From assembly GCA_965219535.1 (NCBI GenBank), contig CBDCNV010000002.1, forward strand, positions 1,650,001 through 1,682,000: a stretch of DNA of 32,000 bases, read 5' to 3'. Positions 9,101 through 17,413 of the stretch are shown here, piece after piece. Positions within the stretch are counted from its first letter, which is position 1; the number at the start of each line of letters is the position of its first letter. Origin of the DNA: Opitutales bacterium (GTDB lineage: Bacteria > Verrucomicrobiota > Verrucomicrobiia > Opitutales > PNEW01). The notes under the pieces are model-generated. The model saw only the letters and a program-made list of their open reading frames with translations. It was not told the DNA's origin and did no database searches. Position numbers and translations under genes: made by a program.

Positions 9101-11841
9101 TGGTGTTCGATGACAACGAGACTGTGTCCTTGATTTACAAGTCTCTGCAGCACAGTAATGAGACGTTTGACATCATCGCGATGCATGCCGGTTGTTGGTT
9201 CATCGAGTAATATGAGCGCACTATTCTCCACCTCTCCGTAATGGGACAGGTATTTGACCAGTTTAAGCCGCTGCGATTCACCGCCGGAGAGAGTATTGAG
9301 CGGTTGGCCCAGCGGTAAGTAACCCAAGCCAATATCGATTAAGGTTTGCAGACGATTTAAGATAAACGGTTGGTCCCCGAAAAATACTGCCGCTTCACTC
9401 ACATTTAATTCGAGTATGTCGGCGATGCTTTTCCCAGACCAATGGATTTCGAGAATAAAAGGACTGAATCGGCGACCTTCACAGTGAGGACAAGTGACAT
9501 ATACATCCGCCATGAATTGCATTTCCACACGTTCGTATCCCAATCCCTTGCATTGGTCACAACGCCCATTTCCACTATTGAAGGAAAAGCTGGAAGCGGT
9601 AAGACCCGCTGACTGGGCGGTTTCAGTGAAAGCGTAGAGCGTGCGAATAAGATCCCATGTATCCGTATAAAGGGCCGGGTTGGAGCGCGGTGTTTTACTG
9701 ACGGGAGATTGATCAACAAGGACAACTTCTGAAATACTCTCACTGTTATCAATGCGTTGTATCCGAGCAGGTGTATGCACCGCTTTTCCTCTTTTCGCAA
9801 GCAGGCCCTGGTAAATAACATTATTGAGTAGTGTTGATTTTCCTGATCCGGAGACACCGCTCACGCAGATTAGCCGCTGCAGGGGTAATTGAAAGTCCAG
9901 GTTATTAATATTATAGCGGGAAACTTTTTTAAAAAAGAGGGGGGGAGGAGATTGAGTAATCGCGCCTGATTTTTTTTTGTGATCGCGAGATTCTTTTCCG
10001 CTCCACCGTCTCCCATTTAAATGAATCGGCCTTCGGTTGTGGGGGGCATCGATTGTCTTTTCTCCCGCAAGGTAGGCTCCAGTCAGCGTATTATTGTCTT
10101 TCACCAACTCCGTGCTTTTGCCTGAAAAGGTAAGTTCTCCTCCGCGAGCACCGGGCTTGGGACCAACTTCGATTAGATGGTCCGCAGCGCGTATAATGCT
10201 TTCATCGTGTTCTACAACAACGACGGTATTACCGAGCCCTGTGAGGCGCTTTAGAATACTGATAAGACGCTCAATATCTTTTGCGTGCAGCCCAATAGAT
10301 GGCTCATCGAGAACAAAAAGGGTATCGACGAGAGAAGTTCCCAGACAAGAGGTTAAATTGACACGTTCAACTTCACCACCTGAGAGTGTACGTGAAGTAC
10401 GATCGAGGGTGAGATAGCCGAGGCCAACCTGCTCAAGATAGGAGAGTCTGCTCATGATAGACTCGTAGGCTATATCGACCTGATGATCTTGCAGTGGTTT
10501 TTCATGTTTCCGTAAGCGGGAAAGCAGGTCGCTGACCGGCAGGTGATAGAGATCGGGTAGAGTTGATCCATGCCATTTCCAGTTTAGTCCTTCCGATTTG
10601 AGCCGGGTGCCATGACAATCCTCACAGGTAGTGTATGCACGATACTTCGAAAGAAAGACACGGACGTGCATTTTATAAGTATTTTTTTCCAACCAATCAA
10701 AAAAACGTTTAACACCATACCAAAGACGAGGTCCTTTCCCTCCCTGTTTTCCATAATGAGGATCTCCGTCGATAATAAAATTTATCTCAGCGGCACTTAA
10801 ATCTCTATAGGGCACATCGGTACGGATATTATTTTTTTTACAGGTCCGCAGAAGGTCGCGCTCACTCTCACTATAGACATTACCTTGAAATGCCCTTATC
10901 GCCCCGCCGCTAAGACTTAGGGTGGAATCGGGAATCACCAAACGGTAATCAATTTCAATAATCCGTCCAAATCCCCGGCATCGGGGACAGGCACCAATAG
11001 GCGAGTTGAAAGAAAATATAGCGGGAATAGGTTTTTTAAATATCCTTCCGGTGATTGGCGAGCGAAGACCTTCCGCATAATTAACTAATAATTGACCCTT
11101 TAGTGAAAAAATAAAAACCTCGCCATTTCCGTAATGCAACGCGGTCTGTGCGGCATCGATAAAGCGAGTTTTATTCTTTCGCGTAACTTCCATGCGGTCC
11201 TGGATCACATAAAGAATGTCACTTTTAATTTCTGATGCTTTGGTCTCAGTAATTTTTTTTATTTTATGACGCGTGATTATCCGGGTATAACCTTGACCGC
11301 GCAGCGAATCGAAAATCTCTTTCCATTTTATGGATGATGGACGTTTAACAGCAAAAGCGAGAATGACTGATTTACCCTCGACCCTAAGGAGGGCTTTTTT
11401 CCAAATTGACTGTGGATTATCGTCCTCGATCTTTTCACCGGATGCGGGATCGAATAGATTGGCAACATGACAATACCAAACTTTAAAAAAATCGCATAGT
11501 TCAGTCATCGTTCCGACCGTGGAGCGCGATGTTTTTACGGTGTTGCTTTGCTGGATGGCAATTGATGGGCGGATGTTTGAAATGTTGTCCACCTTTGGGC
11601 GGTCCAGCATTTCGAGGAATTGACGGGTGTAGGGGCTGAAAGTTTCGACGTATCGCCTTTGTCCTTCGGCGTGTAATGTTTCGAAAACCAGTGAAGATTT
11701 TCCAGAGCCGCTTAACCCGGTTACAACGACAAGCTTTCCAATCGGCAGATCAAGATTGAACCCCTTAAGATTGTTCTGCCGAACACCTCGAAGTTGGATA
11801 GATTCATTTCTTTTTTCTTTTTTTTCATTCATGACCGGCAT
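6136..11841 (-). CDS. uvrA: Excinuclease ABC subunit A, tandem-duplicated (two complete UvrA units in one 1901-aa polypeptide)
   Basis: Four Walker A motifs (GLSGSGKSS, GVSGSGKST, GVSGSGKSS, GISGAGKST). Four LSGGE signatures. Four Walker B motifs (VLDEPSIGLH, LLDEPTTGMH, VLDEPTIGLH, ILEEPTIGLH). Each half has UvrA-type CxxC zinc modules (CPRCRG..CEDCHG..CDQCKG..CPHCEG and CPTCRG..CPSCQG..CEKCKG..CDACGG). A basic low-complexity linker (GGNGNGRRRESKKKSNNRLNDTED) is encoded near nt 8830-8960. Confidence 0.95.
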   Translation of the reverse strand: MPVMNEKKEKRNESIQLRGVRQNNLKGFNLDLPIGKLVVVTGLSGSGKSSLVFETLHAEGQRRYVETFSPYTRQFLEMLDRPKVDNISNIRPSIAIQQSNTVKTSRSTVGTMTELCDFFKVWYCHVANLFDPASGEKIEDDNPQSIWKKALLRVEGKSVILAFAVKRPSSIKWKEIFDSLRGQGYTRIITRHKIKKITETKASEIKSDILYVIQDRMEVTRKNKTRFIDAAQTALHYGNGEVFIFSLKGQLLVNYAEGLRSPITGRIFKKPIPAIFSFNSPIGACPRCRGFGRIIEIDYRLVIPDSTLSLSGGAIRAFQGNVYSESERDLLRTCKKNNIRTDVPYRDLSAAEINFIIDGDPHYGKQGGKGPRLWYGVKRFFDWLEKNTYKMHVRVFLSKYRAYTTCEDCHGTRLKSEGLNWKWHGSTLPDLYHLPVSDLLSRLRKHEKPLQDHQVDIAYESIMSRLSYLEQVGLGYLTLDRTSRTLSGGEVERVNLTSCLGTSLVDTLFVLDEPSIGLHAKDIERLISILKRLTGLGNTVVVVEHDESIIRAADHLIEVGPKPGARGGELTFSGKSTELVKDNNTLTGAYLAGEKTIDAPHNRRPIHLNGRRWSGKESRDHKKKSGAITQSPPPLFFKKVSRYNINNLDFQLPLQRLICVSGVSGSGKSTLLNNVIYQGLLAKRGKAVHTPARIQRIDNSESISEVVLVDQSPVSKTPRSNPALYTDTWDLIRTLYAFTETAQSAGLTASSFSFNSGNGRCDQCKGLGYERVEMQFMADVYVTCPHCEGRRFSPFILEIHWSGKSIADILELNVSEAAVFFGDQPFILNRLQTLIDIGLGYLPLGQPLNTLSGGESQRLKLVKYLSHYGEVENSALILLDEPTTGMHRDDVKRLITVLQRLVNQGHSLVVIEHHLDILKSADCIIEMGPGPGAGGGKIVFTGTPEALGKKRFASSPFIEQSLRSGGNGNGRRRESKKKSNNRLNDTEDLIAAESSATYNLQTNRVNAVEIFGAREHNLKNLTLSIPHRQITVITGVSGSGKSSLAFDIIFAEGQRRFMESMSPYARQFVEQLPRPDIDRLAGIPPTVAIEQRVTRGTRKSTVATITEVAQYLRLLYSRVGVQYSPRSGEPVVALSPTLLKKRFEDTLLEQKKKNQPLLYLCAPLVRSRKGHYQPLATWAIDHGFKILRIDGQFINLSAFQKLDRYREHDIEVVVSEIVLKGKSNKSHIDRLREKDLNLNKALKLGKGSCFLVTHASEIIAWFSTTRTDAVTGESFPELDPKHFSWNSSKGWCPTCRGHGRIYAWMAEDDDYPDEVEEIENGSLCPSCQGTRLNETSRSVRLQLKDRSALSLPQLLMLTPSKLLDHLHQLKLDRRSRAIVRDLIPEIEERLRFMDKVGLEYLTLDRATNTLSGGEAQRIRLAAQLGSNLSGVLYVLDEPTIGLHARDNARLLKTLKILRNRGNTLIIVEHDEETMRHADRIIDLGPGAGLHGGDLLANGNISEIKKNKKSLTGKYLKKGISHPRRGHYRSLPSPWNPRSKLKKAKWLVAKNVSLRNLKGDDLHLPLARLIVVCGISGAGKSTLIRDLLNPAVTYASQNKIKNLKAEALKRTALFDLNGQLKPPLSQLINGDGFRHVIEVDQSPIGKTPRSTPSTYIGAFDIIRQFFASLPESKIQGYDAGTFSFNTRGGRCEKCKGAGRIKLKMNFLPDTYIACDACGGSRYGLELEEIRWKDKNISEVLEMTFEEASNFFAFHSKLKAMLELMVEMGLNYLKLGQSSPTLSGGEAQRLKLVSELAKGLQSFREKSRGIISRNLYILEEPTIGLHLSDCEKLIELLHRLVDQGHTVIVIEHHPDIIAEADYIVEIGPEGGEQGGEILYQGAPQGLLKCARSPSAPYLLDKIG

Positions 11842-11904
11842 TGATGAACTGAATCGGCAATAAAGAGGGGTATGAGAGGTAAAAATCCGGTAGACGGCTC
11901 GTCC

Positions 11905-12561
11905 TTACAGGAGTTCGGTGGGTAATGAGTTAGGGTCGTATTCGTCATTCTCAAACGCTACTCGGATATTATCTTCAATCTTAATCTTGCTCCCCTCAGT
12001 ATTGAATAAAAGGCGTTCACATAATGGGGCGATTAATTTTTCCAATTCTTTCGCGTCGAAGGGCTTTTCACTATCATACCGGTGGAGGAAACCTGGCAGT
12101 ATGAAGCTGAATAAACTGGAGATTACGGAATGGAGATCATTATTTCCGAGATTCAAACCGCGAAGCAGATCTCGTTCAAATTGATCGCGTGCCCTCTTGC
12201 AACTGGTGACTAGTGGGTTATCTTCAACGGGTTCCCAAGTTAAAAGCTGAAGGGTGAGCGGACGATTGAAGATTTCCTGAATATACCCAGTTATGGTAGC
12301 GGTCAATGCAGAGGTATTGTCAGCGTCTTTTGGTTCCCAGCTTTCCCGGAAAGCGGGTAGATCAGGAAAGAATTCACTCTCCTCAGCGACGGCGGTTAAG
12401 AGCCCATTGAGGTCCCCAAAGTATCTATATATAAGGACCTTATCATGTCCGGCTTCCTTCGCAACACTGTTGATTCCGAAACCGTGGAATCCCGACCGCG
12501 TAAGCAGGTTGATGGCCGCTTGGAGAATTTTTTCTTTCGTTTTGTTTTTATCACGAGACAT
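11905..12561 (-). CDS. TetR/AcrR family transcriptional regulator
   Basis: N-terminal HTH KEKILQAAINLLTRSGFHGFGINSVAKEAGHDKVLIYRYFGDLNGLL is the TetR_N pattern. Size is 218 aa. Confidence 0.9.
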   Translation of the reverse strand: MSRDKNKTKEKILQAAINLLTRSGFHGFGINSVAKEAGHDKVLIYRYFGDLNGLLTAVAEESEFFPDLPAFRESWEPKDADNTSALTATITGYIQEIFNRPLTLQLLTWEPVEDNPLVTSCKRARDQFERDLLRGLNLGNNDLHSVISSLFSFILPGFLHRYDSEKPFDAKELEKLIAPLCERLLFNTEGSKIKIEDNIRVAFENDEYDPNSLPTELL

Positions 12562-12721
12562 GAATTTATCCCGTTCACTTCGTAGTGACCGAGTTTCTAC
12601 CTGTCAACTGTGCATGTATAACGACTAGCTGAGAGGAGATAAGCTAAAGGCAATAAGCTTTTAGCGTGAATGGCGCGCTGCCCAGAGCGTGTTGCCCTTA
12701 GAAAAGGGGGGAATATTAAAC

Positions 12722-13606
12722 TTAGAGAGGCTCTTCTTTATCGAGGAGTAAAGTTATGGACAGGAAATATTTAAATAAAAACATGTATAAGAGTCCCTTC
12801 TCGGGGCTTTCTTTAAAAGTGTATTCGTGTTTTGTTGTTTTCATTATAACGGACCCCAGAAAGTTACTCAGTAAATTTGCGGTATAGCGATAGGAGAGAC
12901 GAAGATTATGATTGCCGCTAATTTCTGAAATCTCTTTGTGATTAATATAATGAACTAAGCGACTAAAGTAGTCGGAAAACTCCTGTGTGAACTGATCGAG
13001 GTTGTGTCCATACTTTTTGCGATAGGCGTGAAATTTACCCATCCCCAACTTACTAAATAGCTTAATTGTATTTTTACGGCTATCTAAATTCATGATTTTA
13101 TGGACAAAGGGTAAATTAATATGAGGATCGATAATAATATCTTTAAAGGGAAATAAATGGGCAGATAAACCATTGGGTTTTAACGTCCGATTTAACTCGG
13201 AGAATAACTTCGAGTGATCTTTAACATGCTCCATAACCTGGTTCGATAGAATGATGTCAAAAAACTGATCGGGGAAAGGGATGGGGTCATTTTCTGAGAT
13301 TAATTTTATGCGCTCGTTCCAATCGATCTGCGGAAATTTCTCGGTTAAATTATGGATGAGATTTTGCAGATAACCTTCTTTAATACCTCCATGCTCGTTA
13401 ATATCGTAACCATATATTTCAAATTTAAATCCCGGATTTAACTGCGGCAGGTTATCGGTCAATAGTAATATGAGATCACCATTACCACAGCCGAGATCAA
13501 GAATACGGACCTTACTTCGATCGAAGCGTTCAGGTTTCCGTTTCAGTTCGGTATTTACAACGCACATTAAATGTCCGTGCGTGATTTTTTTTGCTTTCGC
13601 TAGCAT
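12722..13606 (-). CDS. Class I SAM-dependent methyltransferase
   Basis: Motif I is RILDLGCGNGDL, with a post-I acidic residue (YGYDIN). FDIILSNQVMEHV is typical of the Methyltransf_11/23 type. Substrate unknown. Confidence 0.85.
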   Translation of the reverse strand: MLAKAKKITHGHLMCVVNTELKRKPERFDRSKVRILDLGCGNGDLILLLTDNLPQLNPGFKFEIYGYDINEHGGIKEGYLQNLIHNLTEKFPQIDWNERIKLISENDPIPFPDQFFDIILSNQVMEHVKDHSKLFSELNRTLKPNGLSAHLFPFKDIIIDPHINLPFVHKIMNLDSRKNTIKLFSKLGMGKFHAYRKKYGHNLDQFTQEFSDYFSRLVHYINHKEISEISGNHNLRLSYRYTANLLSNFLGSVIMKTTKHEYTFKESPEKGLLYMFLFKYFLSITLLLDKEEPL

Positions 13607-13744
13607 TTACTGAAAAAGAAAGTAATTCCCTTAATATAATTTGTAGATAATTGAATTAAAGGTAATGGAGTGTTATAAGCAATTCATTTTGTATATACGT
13701 ATTACAACCTGCAAGGCAGAAAGTGCCCCGTCGTTTAAACTCCA

Positions 13745-14479
13745 TTAATAAAATACTCTGTCCATGCTGAGACCTCGCCCTGGAGCAGTATAGACACGAT
13801 GGGTTCGTTGCCGGCTCTCAAGTATTTCAACCAAACTATCAGGAGAAAGCTTATCGCAACCGACATCGACGAGAGCGCCCACCAGGCTGCGTACCATTTT
13901 GTATAAATAACCATTGGCTTCTGACGTGATATGGACACGCGGTCCATTTTTTACAATATCGAGGCGGCGAAGGTCTTTTACTGGGTGTTCATCCGGGTTT
14001 TCCCTCTCCGCGGCAAAAGCTGTAAAGTCATGTTTACCGAGGAGTTGTTTTGCTGCTAAACGCATAGAAGTGATGTTTAACCTGCGTTTTCCGAGCGACC
14101 AACAATAGCGGTTTTCTGATGGTGGCGCATAGCCTTCGTAAAGCTTATAGATGTATTTTTTTCCTTTCGCTGAGTAGCGCGCATGAAAATCACTGCTTAC
14201 TCTTCTTGCGGATGAAACAAGGATACTCTCAGGTAATCCGCCGCGTATCGCGTTCAAAAGATCATTGCCCGGTGACTTCCAATCGCCATCAAAGTGAAAT
14301 ACCTGGCCCTTTGCATGCACCCCGCTGTCAGTTCTGCCGCTGCCATGAATGCGAATCGGCTGCTTAAAAATGACCTTAAGTTGATGCTCAATCAGGTCCT
14401 GGATGGTGTTGCCATTTTCCTGACTTTGCCAGCCGTAGAAGTCAGTTCCATCGTAAGCCACTGTGCATTTCCAACGCAT
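13745..14479 (-). CDS. truA: tRNA pseudouridine(38-40) synthase
   Basis: The VAYDGTDFYGWQSQ and GSGRTDSGVHAKGQVFHFD catalytic-Asp motifs are present. 244 aa. Confidence 0.93.
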   Translation of the reverse strand: MRWKCTVAYDGTDFYGWQSQENGNTIQDLIEHQLKVIFKQPIRIHGSGRTDSGVHAKGQVFHFDGDWKSPGNDLLNAIRGGLPESILVSSARRVSSDFHARYSAKGKKYIYKLYEGYAPPSENRYCWSLGKRRLNITSMRLAAKQLLGKHDFTAFAAERENPDEHPVKDLRRLDIVKNGPRVHITSEANGYLYKMVRSLVGALVDVGCDKLSPDSLVEILESRQRTHRVYTAPGRGLSMDRVFY

Positions 14480-14485
14480 GGGGTG

Positions 14486-14920
14486 TTAATTCCCCTCTTC
14501 GAAAGGAAGGTGTTGGTCGAGGAAATCCTGTAAGATTATCATGGCCGCGTGTGAGTCTACTTCACCGCTTCCCCGCGATTCTCGCGACATTTTTTTCCCT
14601 GATTTCTTTAAACTATCGACTGCCTGATAGGTGGTTAAGCGCTCATCTACGCGGTGAACGGGTAATTGAAATCGAGCTTCTAATTCAGAAATGAAAGCGT
14701 CTACTTCTTTAGCTTTAAAACCTATGCTATCGTCCATGTTATAAGGGTAACCAACGATTAAATGAGTAATCCCGCGCTCACCGATAAGCGTTTCAATGGC
14801 ATTAAAGCGATCGACACTGTTTGGGGAAACGGCCGCTGGTAAGGGAACAGCTACACCGAGTTCGTCCCCATAACTTAACCCGACACGTTTTTCACCGTAA
14901 TCAATTCCCAGGCAGCGCAT
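14486..14920 (-). CDS. ruvX: Holliday junction resolvase-like / pre-16S rRNA nuclease (YqgF family)
   Basis: N-terminal LGIDYGEKRVGLSYGDELGVAVPL is the YqgF signature. 144 aa. The stop lies 6 nt upstream of the truA start. Confidence 0.9.
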   Translation of the reverse strand: MRCLGIDYGEKRVGLSYGDELGVAVPLPAAVSPNSVDRFNAIETLIGERGITHLIVGYPYNMDDSIGFKAKEVDAFISELEARFQLPVHRVDERLTTYQAVDSLKKSGKKMSRESRGSGEVDSHAAMIILQDFLDQHLPFEEGN

Positions 14921-14945
14921 ATTTTGCGATCGTATAAACAGATTG

Positions 14946-16034
14946 TTAAATCAAATGTTTCCAATCAGGGTTTTCGGAAATCTTCTGCACTAATTTTTTT
15001 ATATCTTGTGCTTGTGATTTATGGCAGACCAGCGTGGCATCCGGAGTTTGAGCAATTATAATATCATTGACACCAATCAGGGCGGTCAGGCGATCATCAG
15101 TATTGAAAACGATATTTCCGGAAGCATCTTGTGCGATCATTGTGCCATGTGCTATATTTCCATGCTCGTCGGCTTCGTAGTGTCTTTCTATAGCCGGCCA
15201 TTCACCGACATCATCCCAATCAAATGCCGATTCGATCGTTAGTACACGTTCAGCTTTTTCCATCACCGCGTAATCAATAGAAATTTTTTCAATCTTCGGA
15301 TAGTACTCATCGAGTAGTGGATCGAGCTCGTCACCCTTTACCAGGCGCTGATCAATCTCTTTAAAGACATCCCATAATTGCGGTCGATGAACGGCGAGCG
15401 CATTGGTAATTACGGGCACCTGCCAAACAAACATACTGGCATTCCAATAATATTCACCCGATTTAAGATAGGATTCAGCGGTTTTGAGATTCGGTTTTTC
15501 GACAAAACGCGTCACTTGATAAATAATTTTACCGGATATTTTTTTCTCTACCTTTCCTTTCTGAATATAGCCGTATCCAGTTGCGGGATTGGTCGGTTTA
15601 ATGCCAATCGTTACGAGGGCTTTTTCGCTTTCTGCAGCTTCGAAAGCGACATTAAGGTCAGCTTGAAAGCGTGCGGTATCGTGAATTATATGGTCTGAAG
15701 CTAACATCGCGAATATTGCGTCGGGATCACGATTCTTGACTAGAAGCGTAGCGAGACCGGTGGCAGCTGTTGTATCGCGCCCCACCGGTTCACCGATTAC
15801 TTGCTGCGAAGACAATTGGGGACAGATTTCGAGAACTGATTTGCGCTGTTCCCTGTTGGTGAGAACATAAATGTTCTCATGCGGCACCGTATCGCCAAGA
15901 CGATCGATGGTTTGCTTGAGCAAGGGGGAATCGCCAACGATAGGGAGCAGATGCTTAGGTCGGTGCAAACGGCTATGCGGCCAAAAACGTTCCCCGCGTC
16001 CTCCGGCCAAGATTACTGTAAATCGGTTACTCAT
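14946..16034 (-). CDS. Mannose-1-phosphate guanylyltransferase (nucleotidyltransferase domain only)
   Basis: VILAGGRGERFWPHSRLHRPKHLLPI matches the ManC/GMP family N-terminus. 362 aa with no C-terminal cupin/PMI domain. Confidence 0.85.
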   Translation of the reverse strand: MSNRFTVILAGGRGERFWPHSRLHRPKHLLPIVGDSPLLKQTIDRLGDTVPHENIYVLTNREQRKSVLEICPQLSSQQVIGEPVGRDTTAATGLATLLVKNRDPDAIFAMLASDHIIHDTARFQADLNVAFEAAESEKALVTIGIKPTNPATGYGYIQKGKVEKKISGKIIYQVTRFVEKPNLKTAESYLKSGEYYWNASMFVWQVPVITNALAVHRPQLWDVFKEIDQRLVKGDELDPLLDEYYPKIEKISIDYAVMEKAERVLTIESAFDWDDVGEWPAIERHYEADEHGNIAHGTMIAQDASGNIVFNTDDRLTALIGVNDIIIAQTPDATLVCHKSQAQDIKKLVQKISENPDWKHLI

Positions 16035-16168
16035 TTTAAGTGTTTATAGGAGATAGTGATAATAAAGGTCAATGAGGATGCGGTAATTATCGACTGTCTT
16101 GCAATTTTTAACTTATCCCATTCAATAGCGTATGATTAGAGTAGAATAAAATAACCTATCGATAATAA

Positions 16169-17350
16169 GTGGAACAGAATAATAATAAACTTTCGTCAAA
16201 TGAAATCGCCCGCTACAGCCGCCACATTATTCTCCCCGAGGTAGGCGTCGATGGTCAGGAAAAATTAAAAGCGGCGCGTATTCTTGTCATCGGAATGGGT
16301 GGATTGGGCAGTCCTTCTTCACTTTATCTCGTAGCGGCGGGCGTCGGAACACTGGGTCTAGCTGAATTTGACCAAATTGAAGAACATAATCTTCATCGAC
16401 AGATTCTTCACCATCGAGCGGATATAGGTAAATTGAAAATTGATTCCGCCGAGCAAGAGCTGAAGGCTATAAATCCGGACTGTAAACTGATCCTGCACCG
16501 GGAAGGCATCACCCTCAACAACGCTTTAGAAATTCTCTCCTCCTATGATATGGTCGTCGATGGATCGGATAATCTGCCGACACGCTATCTCGTTAATGAT
16601 GCCGCGTATTTCGCGGGTATACCTTACATATACGGCAGCATATTTAAATTTGAAGGTCAGGTGTCGGTTTTTGATTCAAAGGCGGGGGGGCCTAACTACC
16701 GGTGTCTTTTCCCCGAGATGCCGGATCCGGGGACGGTGCCCAGTTGTGAAGAAGCCGGTGTTTTTGGCGCACTTTGTGGGCTGGTCGGTAGTTTGCAGGC
16801 GATGGAGGCTATTAAATATCACTTGAAAATAGGAGAATCGCTACTTGGGCGCTTGCTTGTTATTGACGCGCTTTCGATGAATTTCCGCACGCTTAAATTA
16901 AAACACGATCCTCAATGCCCGCTAAGTGGTGATCACCCCACGATCACGAAACTTGAAGCAAGCAATTATGAATTTAGCTGCGAAATGCCGGTTGAGGAAA
17001 ATGCGGCTTTGGGCGAAGACGAAAGTGAAGTGCCGATTGAAATCGATGTCGGGCAGGTAAAAGCCATGTTGGATTCTGATACTAAACCCTATTTACTCGA
17101 TGTTCGTGAAGATTTTGAAGTAGAGATCTGTAAACTTGATAGCAGTCATTCGATACCGATGAGAACAATTGCCGAGCATATTGACCGCATCCCTCGCGAT
17201 CTTCCGGTTGTTGTCTATTGTCACACCGGGGTGCGCAGCCTGAATGTGGCAAGCTTTCTGCGTGATAAAGGTTTCGATAATGCTACAAGTATGGTTGGTG
17301 GGATAGCCGCTTGGGCTGACCAATACGAACCTGAAATGGTGAGGTACTGA
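16169..17350 (+). CDS. moeB: MoeB/ThiF-type adenylyltransferase fused to a C-terminal rhodanese domain
   Basis: RYSRHIILPEVGVDGQEKLKAARILVIGMGGLGSP (E1-like nucleotide-binding motif). CxxC pairs are present. The C-terminal rhodanese domain has the active-site loop VVYCHTGVRS. GTG start as in the ORF track. Confidence 0.85.
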   Translation: MEQNNNKLSSNEIARYSRHIILPEVGVDGQEKLKAARILVIGMGGLGSPSSLYLVAAGVGTLGLAEFDQIEEHNLHRQILHHRADIGKLKIDSAEQELKAINPDCKLILHREGITLNNALEILSSYDMVVDGSDNLPTRYLVNDAAYFAGIPYIYGSIFKFEGQVSVFDSKAGGPNYRCLFPEMPDPGTVPSCEEAGVFGALCGLVGSLQAMEAIKYHLKIGESLLGRLLVIDALSMNFRTLKLKHDPQCPLSGDHPTITKLEASNYEFSCEMPVEENAALGEDESEVPIEIDVGQVKAMLDSDTKPYLLDVREDFEVEICKLDSSHSIPMRTIAEHIDRIPRDLPVVVYCHTGVRSLNVASFLRDKGFDNATSMVGGIAAWADQYEPEMVRY

Positions 17351-17353
17351 TGT

Positions 17354-17378
17354 ATTGCGGATTGCGGATTGTGGATGG
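17354..17378 (+). repeat. Tandem 7-mers ATTGCGG ATTGCGG ATTGTGG ATGG, starting 3 nt after the moeB stop
   Basis: Read directly. Same 7-mer family as 768-802. Confidence 0.8.
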
Positions 17379-17413
17379 TAATATTTTATATAATAAATTG
17401 AAAGTTCACACAA

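Noticed and set aside
16035-16168. Possible Moco riboswitch in the leader of moeB.
   Set aside because: The 134-nt AT-rich leader shows none of the conserved Moco-motif stems or sequence blocks that I can recognise by eye.
16169-17350. E1-like MoeB/ThiF protein considered as part of a ubiquitin-like conjugation defence system (Bil/CBASS Cap2-like).
   Set aside because: No E2, JAB/DUB or ubiquitin-like gene is adjacent. The C-terminal rhodanese fusion is the standard sulfur-carrier-activating (Moco/thiocarboxylate) architecture, and the flanking genes are housekeeping.
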